In this document: piece by piece, positions 18,096 to 25,300 of the stretch
Layout of the letters: every line of letters begins with the position of its first letter
Position numbering within the stretch: position 1 is the first letter of the stretch
Origin: an uncultured bacterium
Lineage (GTDB): Bacteria > Edwardsbacteria > AC1 > EtOH8
Assembly: GCA_963780225.1 (NCBI GenBank)
Contig: CAWAAX010000023.1
Coordinates: 1 to 28,438 of the forward strand
DNA: 28,438 bases
Direction of reading: 5' to 3'
Notes under the pieces: generated by a model
Told to the model about the DNA's origin: nothing
The model's input: only the letters and a program-made list of their open reading frames with translations
Databases searched by the model: none
Translations under genes and position numbers: made by a program

Positions 18096-18204
18096 TGTCA
18101 TTCCGGGCTTGACCCGGAATCCAGTAATTTATTGCTACCCTGTCATCCCCGGCTTGACCGGGGATCCAGTAATTATTTGGATTCCCGGCCTGACCGGGGA
18201 TCCG
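18096..18204. repeat. Cluster of REP-like palindromes downstream of the GIY-YIG gene
   Basis: TGTCATTCCGGGCTTGACCCGGAATCCAG (18096-18124), TGTCATCCCCGGCTTGACCGGGGATCCAG (18141-18169) and a degenerate third copy from 18178. Confidence 0.9.
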
Positions 18205-18205
18205 G

Positions 18206-18493
18206 TCAGAGCAGACCGGGATATAGATCTACCCACTCGGGGTTTTCTTTTTCAATAAGGGCTATCTTCCAGCTTCGGTTCCATTTCTTTAACTGTTTTT
18301 CCCTGCGAATGGCATCGTTGATCATACTATACCGTTCAAAATAGACCAGTTCATTAACATGGTATTTTTGGGTAAACCCTTTTACTTCCCCTTTTTTATG
18401 CTCGATTACCCTTCTTACCAGATCATTCGTTACACCGATATACAGCGTTCCGTTTTTACGACTGGCTAAAATATATATGTAATAATTTTTCAT
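18206..18493 (-). CDS. Small stand-alone GIY-YIG nuclease (95 aa)
   Basis: YYIYILAS...LYIGVTNDLVRRVIEH...FTQKY...AIRREKQLKKWNRSWKIALIEKENPEW; visibly AT-richer than its neighbours. Start set at MKNYY (18493). Confidence 0.93.
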   Translation of the reverse strand: MKNYYIYILASRKNGTLYIGVTNDLVRRVIEHKKGEVKGFTQKYHVNELVYFERYSMINDAIRREKQLKKWNRSWKIALIEKENPEWVDLYPGLL

Positions 18494-18505
18494 TTTTGTC
18501 AAATA

Positions 18506-18599
18506 TGGATTCCCGTTTGCACGGGAATGACATGGCGTTTGCACGGGAATGACATGGCAGTAACCCGTCCTGTCATTCCCGGCTTGACCGGGGATCCGG
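18506..18599. repeat. Cluster of REP-like palindromes upstream of the GIY-YIG gene
   Basis: TGGATTCCCGTTTGCACGGGAATGACA (18506-18532), partial duplicate 18536-18554, TGTCATTCCCGGCTTGACCGGGGATCCGG (18571-18599). Confidence 0.9.
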
Positions 18600-20033
18600 T
18601 TTCCCGCCGGGGAGGGCTTCAGCCTGCACCAGGCCCAACAGCCGGTCGCACTCCTTAAGAAAGTTTTCCAGACTGAAAGGCTTCCCCAGAAAGGCATCGG
18701 CCCCGGCCTTCATTATCTTCTGCCGGTTTTCTTCGTTGTCGTATCCGGTGATGGCCAGCACTTTGGTCCTGGGGTGGTGCTGCTTGATATGGCGGCAGAC
18801 CTCGAAACCGTCCATGCCGGGCAGCTTCAGGTCCAGCACCACCAGCTGCGGATCATGCTGGCCCAGCAGCCTCCCGGCTTCAAAGCCGTCGGCCGCGGTG
18901 AAGGTCTGGCATCCCTTTTTAGCCATATTTAAAAAGCCGGTCACCACCCTAAGAATGGAGGGATCGTCGTCCACCACCAGGATCCTGGTCTCCTCCGGCG
19001 CCAGCCCGGCCGGCAACGGCAAACGGCTCTTTTCAAAGGCTTCAAACATTCCCAGCCTGATCATGGCCCATACAAAGACCAGCCAGGACACCGCCAGCAG
19101 CGCCGACTGCATCCAGGGGCCCAGGAAGACCGCGGCCCAGCCCAGGGCCGAGAATAAAAGCCCCAGGCCCCACATCAGCCAGTCCACCCGCCAGACCGAG
19201 GGGATCCGGGCGTGCAGCAGGTCGTAGACGTGCCTTCGGTCGCCAGAGAAGAGAGACTTGTGGTTAAGGCCCCGCCGGGCGATGGCCAGCCCAGTGTCTA
19301 ACACGAATGGCGAAAGCACCAGCAGCACCGGAATGATGGCCATCCGCCCGCTGCCGGCGATATTCAGCCCCATAGCCGTTAGGTGAAATCCCAGGGCCAG
19401 GCTGCCGCAGTCGCCCATGAATATTTTGGCCGGGGGCCGGTTGAAGAACAGAAAGCCCAGGGCCGCACCGATGATGACCAGTTTAAAGGAACAGGCGTAG
19501 CAGGTCTGAAGCTGCAGGGACAGAGCCAGGAAACCCAGGCTGGCGGCAATGGCCATCCCGGCGGCCAGCCCGTCCAGACCGTCCATCAGGTTAAAGGCGT
19601 TGGTCCCGCCCATCATGATCAGCACCACCAGCAGAAAATCCAGCCGTTCGAGCCCGGTCAGGCGGACCGAGGGCGAGATCATGGCCGCGGCCAGGCATCC
19701 CACCGCCAGCAGTAAGGCCTTGACCAAAGGCTTGATCTCCCGCAGGTCGTCCAGCAGGCCGGTGATAAAGGCCACCAGCCCGCCCACCATTCCGGCCGCT
19801 ATGTTGCGGTTGGCAAAAATCTCGGGCATCAGCACTAAAGCGGTCAGCATCCCGGAGTATATCCCGCCGGCTATGGCGATGCCCCCGGTGCGGACGATAT
19901 GGGCCCGATGGCCGTTTATCCGGCCGTCGGGCGCGTCCCAGGCCTGCATCCTCCGGCCCAGAAGCTTGGCCACCGGCATGCCTAAAATGGTGACCCCCAG
20001 GGAAACTGAGAAAACTATTAGATAGTTCAGCAT
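18573..20033 (-). CDS. WecA/MraY-like GT4 transferase fused to a C-terminal response-regulator receiver domain
   Basis: GLLDD, NAFNLMDGLDGLA, FNRPPAKIFMGDCG, GDRRHVYD; then ILVVDDD, VVLDLKLPGMDG, LAITG, FLGKPF in one open frame. Confidence 0.88.
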   Translation of the reverse strand: MLNYLIVFSVSLGVTILGMPVAKLLGRRMQAWDAPDGRINGHRAHIVRTGGIAIAGGIYSGMLTALVLMPEIFANRNIAAGMVGGLVAFITGLLDDLREIKPLVKALLLAVGCLAAAMISPSVRLTGLERLDFLLVVLIMMGGTNAFNLMDGLDGLAAGMAIAASLGFLALSLQLQTCYACSFKLVIIGAALGFLFFNRPPAKIFMGDCGSLALGFHLTAMGLNIAGSGRMAIIPVLLVLSPFVLDTGLAIARRGLNHKSLFSGDRRHVYDLLHARIPSVWRVDWLMWGLGLLFSALGWAAVFLGPWMQSALLAVSWLVFVWAMIRLGMFEAFEKSRLPLPAGLAPEETRILVVDDDPSILRVVTGFLNMAKKGCQTFTAADGFEAGRLLGQHDPQLVVLDLKLPGMDGFEVCRHIKQHHPRTKVLAITGYDNEENRQKIMKAGADAFLGKPFSLENFLKECDRLLGLVQAEALPGGKPDPRSSRE

Positions 20034-20125
20034 CAGCCTGGTTATTGGTGATTGGAAAATAGTTATTGGTTATTGGGAAGCATCATAACCCACAGAAAGC
20101 ACAAAAACACCCCGGGAGACCTTTT

Positions 20126-20455
20126 TCACAGCGGTTTTCCCTTCCTTCGCGGACGGGTCCGGACCGGCGCCAGGATATCCCGCTCCGGCTGGTCCAGGAA
20201 CTCCAGGGATCTTTTAAGCAGGGCCTTTAATTCCAGGCTGAACACATACCGGGGGTTAAGCTGGTACAGCAGGGTCCGGCCGGCTTTCCGGCTGGCAATC
20301 ACTCCGCCGTATTCCAGACGGCTCAGCTGTTTCTGGACCGGGTCCAGGTCCGTTTTGTAGAAACGGGCTATCTCCCGGGCGTAGCCCTCCCGGCGGCAGT
20401 AAAGAAAAATCAGCACCCGCTCCCTGCTTTTGGAACCAAATAACGACTCCAGCAT
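20126..20455 (-). CDS. Small winged-helix (ArsR-like) DNA-binding protein
   Basis: LFGSKSRERVL...YAREIAR...VQKQLSRLE.GGVIASRKAGRTLLYQLN; GAGG RBS upstream. Confidence 0.8.
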   Translation of the reverse strand: MLESLFGSKSRERVLIFLYCRREGYAREIARFYKTDLDPVQKQLSRLEYGGVIASRKAGRTLLYQLNPRYVFSLELKALLKRSLEFLDQPERDILAPVRTRPRRKGKPL

Positions 20456-20467
20456 CTTTACCTCACT

Positions 20468-20526
20468 TATAGGTCATATAACCTATTTTATAGGTCAATA
20501 ATATCACGAGGTTCCCGCCAAGTCAA
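20468..20526 (-). promoter_or_regulatory. Promoter and candidate operator of the wHTH gene
   Basis: TTGACT (20526-20521), 17 nt, TGn-TATTAT (20503-20498); TATAGGTCA at 20468-20476 and 20489-20497 with an inverted AACCTAT half-site between them. Confidence 0.65.
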
Positions 20527-20613
20527 GCCCGTTTTCAGCCGATTTTTAACCTGTGATTTTTGTCCCGGATGGCGCCGCCATTTAAGAACCGTCCGGACCA
20601 AAATGGTCCGGAC

Positions 20614-21149
20614 GGTTAGAGATAAATGTTTTTCTGGCGTGCTCAGGGAAAGTAGAAAGAATATAGTGCGATCGGGCAAAAACCCGCTTTTGCGCAGCTA
20701 TGTTCTTTTCTTTTTGTACCGCCCCACTTCGTTTGTAAAGCAGATTGGCCTTCTCAATGCAGGCTTTCGTTTGCAAGGTAAATAGCCTTCTCAGGGCAGG
20801 CTCCAGCAAAGAACCAATCCCGCTTCGTGGGATTCCCGCATCTGATTTTATTTTGGAAGGTCAAGAAAAAGCTCGTTCAGCCTACGTAGCCTACTGCCAT
20901 ATGCATGCATACTTCGGCGAAGTGGGCTCGCAAAGGACTTGTGGTGAGCGGTGTCGAACCAACCATCCGGGCGCTGTGCTTCTCGTTGCCGGCGGGCTTG
21001 TCTGAACTCGGGCTTTGGCCAAGCCCTCAAACACGCCAGACAAGCTTTTAACCGCCGTCAACTGCGATGCTCACTGATGGTTCTTAACGCGACAACCAGG
21101 ATTGGCACCTGATGTTCTCCCTGCCTCCGAAGCTGATGGGATAATCATT
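20614..21149 (+). repeat. Structured dispersed element, copy 2 (expanded by internal insertions)
   Basis: Core GGCGGGCTTGTCTGAACTCGGGCTTTGGCCAAGCCCTCAAACACGCCAGACAAGC is identical to copy 1; extra blocks are present relative to 2922-3257. Confidence 0.85.
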
Positions 21150-21273
21150 TGCTCAAGTATTAATATTTAATCATGTTAATCCGCTTACGCTTCAATGCCA
21201 GACTTCTTCAAGCGCCAGAGCTTCAGCGGAGGCGCTCCTGTCTGCTCCGGGAAAGCCGCCAATCCCCGGGGCA

Positions 21274-22746
21274 CTAATCATCCTTGGAACTCTTGGCCTT
21301 TTTCTTGCCAGAGCCCTGCTTTCTCAGCAGATCCTCCATGGCTTTCTGTTTCTCCTGTTCCTCCTTGGCCTCGGACTGGACCTCTTTTCTGGTCTCCTCC
21401 TTAACCCTGGGCTCCCTGGTCTGAGGCGCCGGAGTGGCCGGGACCGGCTCCCATTTCTGGATTCTCTCCACCTTGGCCTTGGCCTGCCGGGCCCGCTGTT
21501 CGCGGATGGCGGCCTCGTTGTTCAGCTGCTCTTTTACGGACTGGTCCTTCTCCCGCTTGGCCGAGTCGATCAAAACCTTCCTCTCCCTTTCGGCGGCCTC
21601 GGCCTCGGATTTCTTTCTGTCCAGCGTCTGCTGGGTGGCATCCCGGCGCCGTTGTAAAATGTCTTCGGACAGCCCGCCCTTGTCTATCTTGGGCTGGACC
21701 GGGGGCCGGGGGGTTTTGGGCTCTATCCTGGGGGAGTATATCTCCAGTCCGCCCGGGGTCAGCTTGTCCTTGATGATCGGCTGGCCGGGCTTAAGCTCCC
21801 GGTTGATGATGGTGACCGGGTTGACCGGCTTCTTGGCGGCCTTGGCCACCGCCTCGGCCAGCGGCCCCCGGTTGAAGAATTTTCCGTTCTTGTCGCTAAA
21901 GCCCTCGGGGTCGAAGGCCGTTTTCTTGTAAATGTCCGAAGCCCGCTTGGGCGGAATGATGTGGACCCAGGGCCGGGGATCGGCCAGGTGCTCCAGGCGG
22001 ACGAAGAAGAAGTCGTTGACGGTCAGCTCAAAGGTGTAGCTCCGGGGCAGGCGCTTTTGACCGCGATAGAACCCATGTCCGTGGACATAGCGGATGTGGC
22101 GGGGCAGCGGGGCCCAACCCCAGTAGTCGCCCCCGTAGCGCCAGGCCACCCAGGCCGGCCCCCACTCGTAGTCCGGCCACCACAGCCAGCCATAGCGGGG
22201 ATCGCGGAACCAGCGGCCATAGTGGAACGGGGCCCAGCCCCAGGAATAGTCCGAGACCCAGCACCAGCCCCAGTCGGTGTAGACCCAGTGCCCCTGGCTG
22301 TAATAGGGCGACCATTCTATGCTGACCATGGCGGCGGTGGGCTGCCAGCACCAGTCGCCGTCTATCATCATCCAGCGGCCGTAGGGCGCCAAAACGTCGT
22401 AGAAGAATGAGATGTTTAGGTCGCCTTGGGGCGGGGCCGCCTGGGCCGTCTGAACCTCGGGGACTGGCGCCACCGCTGCGCCCGAGGCCGCGGCCGCGGA
22501 ATCCAGCGCCTGCCCCCGGTGCAGGGCGGCGTTGATAACGCCAGCCGGCACTCCCAGGTCTTTGAGGGCGATGATGTCGTCGGCCGTTAAGTCAAAGGCA
22601 ACGGTGGAGGTCTCGACGTAGGCCAAAAGCACTTCGCCGTCCACCCCGGACCGGGCCAGCTTGATCAGGTCGTCGGTGGCGGGGGAGGCGAAGGCGGCGG
22701 AGGCCGCCGCCAGGCAAAGGACCAGGATCTTTAGGATGTTCTTCAT
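21274..22746 (-). CDS. Exported protein with Trp/Gly-rich DUF6600-like domain and charged coiled-coil tail
   Basis: Signal peptide; FFYDVLAPYGRW, PYYSQGHWVYTDWGWCWVSDYSWGWAPFHYGRWF, WGPAWVAWR, WGWAPLP; E/K/R-rich C-terminus. Confidence 0.8.
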   Translation of the reverse strand: MKNILKILVLCLAAASAAFASPATDDLIKLARSGVDGEVLLAYVETSTVAFDLTADDIIALKDLGVPAGVINAALHRGQALDSAAAASGAAVAPVPEVQTAQAAPPQGDLNISFFYDVLAPYGRWMMIDGDWCWQPTAAMVSIEWSPYYSQGHWVYTDWGWCWVSDYSWGWAPFHYGRWFRDPRYGWLWWPDYEWGPAWVAWRYGGDYWGWAPLPRHIRYVHGHGFYRGQKRLPRSYTFELTVNDFFFVRLEHLADPRPWVHIIPPKRASDIYKKTAFDPEGFSDKNGKFFNRGPLAEAVAKAAKKPVNPVTIINRELKPGQPIIKDKLTPGGLEIYSPRIEPKTPRPPVQPKIDKGGLSEDILQRRRDATQQTLDRKKSEAEAAERERKVLIDSAKREKDQSVKEQLNNEAAIREQRARQAKAKVERIQKWEPVPATPAPQTREPRVKEETRKEVQSEAKEEQEKQKAMEDLLRKQGSGKKKAKSSKDD

Positions 22747-22853
22747 GGCAGGACTCCTTTTGTTGAATGATACGGACCCCTCCCTTTATCCCTCCCCGCA
22801 ACGGGGAGGGTCGCCTTTAGGCGGGGAGAGGTCAAACCTGGTTTTAAGAGAGG

Positions 22854-23354
22854 TCAGTCGGGCAGGCTGTAGTATTCCTTGACCGCCAGGTAATTGTCGT
22901 AATCCAGCTTGGGCGGGGATTTCCCGGCCACGGTCTTGATGACCACCGCCCGGAATTCCAGGGTAACCGTGGTGGCCCAGGGCGAACCGCCCAGACTGTC
23001 GGCCCACTCGGTAAACACATACAGCCAGGGCTGGCCCTGGGACTCGTCGATGACGGTGGAGAAGTTGACCGGGGTAATGCTGTCGCCGTAGAAGGTGTAG
23101 GGCAGCTGGACGAAGGTTACCGGGTCCGCCTTCCAGTAGGTGATCACCGCGTCGTTGTCCTCATAGATGGTGTAGTCGTAAAGCGAGAAATAGTCTGACG
23201 AGACCGTGGGGCTGAAGACCAGGCTGAAGTCGTACCAGGCGGCCGCGGGTCCGGGCTCGCCGGCCGGGCCGGTGGGACCGGTCTCCCCGGTGCAGCCCAG
23301 GAGGAACAGGGACAGGGCCAGGGCAGGCAGGATCAGCAAAGCTGAACGTTTCAT
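22854..23354 (-). CDS. Lipoprotein with short collagen-like Gly-X-Y repeat
   Basis: Lipobox LLGC followed by GETGPTGPAGEPGP; AAGGAGG RBS. Confidence 0.85.
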   Translation of the reverse strand: MKRSALLILPALALSLFLLGCTGETGPTGPAGEPGPAAAWYDFSLVFSPTVSSDYFSLYDYTIYEDNDAVITYWKADPVTFVQLPYTFYGDSITPVNFSTVIDESQGQPWLYVFTEWADSLGGSPWATTVTLEFRAVVIKTVAGKSPPKLDYDNYLAVKEYYSLPD

Positions 23355-23703
23355 GACAGGCCTCCTTTTTTGGGTTGTAAGACCTCTCCCTCATTCCCTC
23401 TCCACTGTGGAGAGGGATGCCGTCAGGCAGGGAGAGGTCAGTAGGGCATGCTTTCACGGGGTTGATTGTCACCTAAAGTAAAAATCCTGTAAATCCTGTC
23501 AAAGATCGGCCTGGGCCGGATAAGGATTAGACCTGATTTGATGACAAAAGGTTTAGTTGGCACCTTCCCCACTAAATACACGAAATGACTCGAAACATAT
23601 TTTAAACTATTTAGTGGGTTTTAGTGGGCAGAACCCCTCGTTTTGCCAAAAGATTCTGCCTGCTGGATATATCGTTCCGGAGAATTGCCGCGAGGGGCCG
23701 GCG

Positions 23704-23985
23704 CTATCTGGATTTCAGCTGCATTTTTTCCCCGACCTTGTCGGCCAGCAGCATTTTTATCATCGACTGGTAGGGCACGTCCCGCTGGTTGGCCAGCTGT
23801 TTAAGCGCTTCCAGCAGGGATTCGGGCAGGCGGATGGAGATGGTGCGGCTGGTGGGCTTAAGGTTGGTGAAGATGGCCGGGCGGGCCGCGGTGTAATCCA
23901 CGTAATCGGTCGAATCGTGGGACGCCCAGAATTTCTCCTCGGCCCCGGGGGTTTTAAAGGCCGGAATTTTTTTGAGCTTTTTCAT
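23704..23985 (-). CDS. BrnA/CopG-like antitoxin
   Basis: KKIPAFK..AEEKFWASHDSTDYVD, NLKPTSRTISIRLP, ANQRDVPYQSMIKMLL (C-terminal ribbon-helix-helix). Confidence 0.87.
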   Translation of the reverse strand: MKKLKKIPAFKTPGAEEKFWASHDSTDYVDYTAARPAIFTNLKPTSRTISIRLPESLLEALKQLANQRDVPYQSMIKMLLADKVGEKMQLKSR

Positions 23986-24062
23986 GGTAAATGCTCCTTT
24001 CCTTTTTATGCATGTCGCGGGCGGAAGCTTCCCGACAGGGCCGTGGATACCACTATGATCAC
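23954..24062 (-). pseudogene. 3' remnant of a BrnT-family toxin gene
   Basis: 24025-23954 reads SARDMHKKERSIYHEKAQKNSGL*, matching the BrnT C-terminal SARxMxxKER..Y pattern and overlapping the antitoxin start; the 5' part is missing or frameshifted. Confidence 0.75.
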
Positions 24063-24350
24063 TTAAACCAATTGGACTTCCAATTTCCGCCCCAAGGCGG
24101 CCGCTGCTTTGTTAAGAGTTCCCAAAGTGACTGATTCATTCTCCGGATCAAACAAACGATCAAGGGAAGAACGGCTGGTGCGCATTCTCAGGGCCAGCAT
24201 GGATTTAGTAAGATGCTTTGCCCGCATCTCGGATGCAATCTGATGGGCAACCACCCGTTTGATGGCAACGGCCTCAACCTGCTGTAACAATCCTTCTTCG
24301 GCGAGAAAATCATCGAACTTGGATCCAATATGTTTCTTTTTGGAGTTCAT
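24063..24350 (-). CDS. XRE/HTH antitoxin
   Basis: HIGSKFDDFLAEEG, AIKRVVA.QI, MRTSRSSLDRLFDP, VTLGTLNKAAAALG; directly downstream of a RelE-like gene. Confidence 0.87.
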   Translation of the reverse strand: MNSKKKHIGSKFDDFLAEEGLLQQVEAVAIKRVVAHQIASEMRAKHLTKSMLALRMRTSRSSLDRLFDPENESVTLGTLNKAAAALGRKLEVQLV

Positions 24351-24351
24351 T

Positions 24352-24696
24352 TCAACCTCTCTTTAGTATCGACAATCTTTTTCTGGCAATGACGAGATCA
24401 TCATGTTGTGTTTTTTGAGATTTCTTGATAAAACCGTGCAAGAGAATCATCATATCAGTATCCGTCGTAAATAACACGCGGGCAATTCCGTCCGGTAAAT
24501 TAGTGCGTACTTCCCAAATGCCGCTCTCAATCTTTTTAACGACAGGCATTCCAATCGGCCAGCCAAATTGTACTGTCTTTATATCCTCACCGATGGCTTT
24601 TTTATATGCTTTCGGCAGGGTTTTTAACCAGTCACGCACCGGTTCAGACCCGCTATCATTCCGATAAAACTTGACTTCGAGTATTGCTGCAGGCAC
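24352..24696 (-). CDS. RelE/ParE-family toxin (Gp49-like)
   Basis: FYRNDSGSEPVRDWL, IGEDIKTVQFGWPIGMP, IWEVRTNL, LLHGFIKKSQKT. Start placed at GTG 24696 because a promoter lies inside the longer ORF. Confidence 0.87.
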   Translation of the reverse strand: MPAAILEVKFYRNDSGSEPVRDWLKTLPKAYKKAIGEDIKTVQFGWPIGMPVVKKIESGIWEVRTNLPDGIARVLFTTDTDMMILLHGFIKKSQKTQHDDLVIARKRLSILKRG

Positions 24697-24717
24697 AGAT
24701 GGCGGGGCGACTTTATG

Positions 24718-24746
24718 AGTGTACCATTTTTGGGGCATACTGTCAA
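24718..24746 (-). promoter_or_regulatory. sigma70-type promoter of the RelE/XRE operon
   Basis: TTGACA (24746-24741), 17 nt, TACACT (24723-24718). Confidence 0.75.
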
Positions 24747-25300
24747 TAGCCTTTATATTTACCAAGGGATTTATTCTTAGCCGCAAAATAGCCTACGTTG
24801 CTGGGCAGAATCCCGGGGGAACCTTCCCCACGCTTGCGCCCCGCCGGACACTGAGCCTCCGGGTTGAGCGGCCCAAGTCCCTGTCGAAGTGTGGCGGGGC
24901 TTCAGCGCGCAGGCACTAAACGCACGAAATGATTCGAAATATAATTTAATGGGACACAGATAAACACGGATTTTCTTTAAATAACTACCCCGCGCCTACG
25001 GCGCTGCCGCAAAGGGGTTTTATTTAGCCACAAAATGCACCCTTCGATGTACCCTTCGGCCTTGCTCAGTGCATCGCTCTGGGGAAACTCCAACACAAAG
25101 GTTCATTCATTTGGTCATCAAATCCCTACGGGTTACGGCATTGCCGGGCTACCTTGCCTGGCTTTTCAGACGTTTCAAGCATCGCCCGCCAGACTGCTGG
25201 GCTTCTCCGTCGTATCGATCATCGCCGGACTGCCCTGCCGGACCCCTCAAGCGTTCGCTCATTGCCCGCCGGCCCTGCCTTAGCTTCTCCAACCTATCCC

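Noticed and set aside
18494..18697. N-terminal extension of the GIY-YIG ORF
   Set aside because: Translates palindromic repeats and overlaps the upstream gene; the domain begins at MKNYY.
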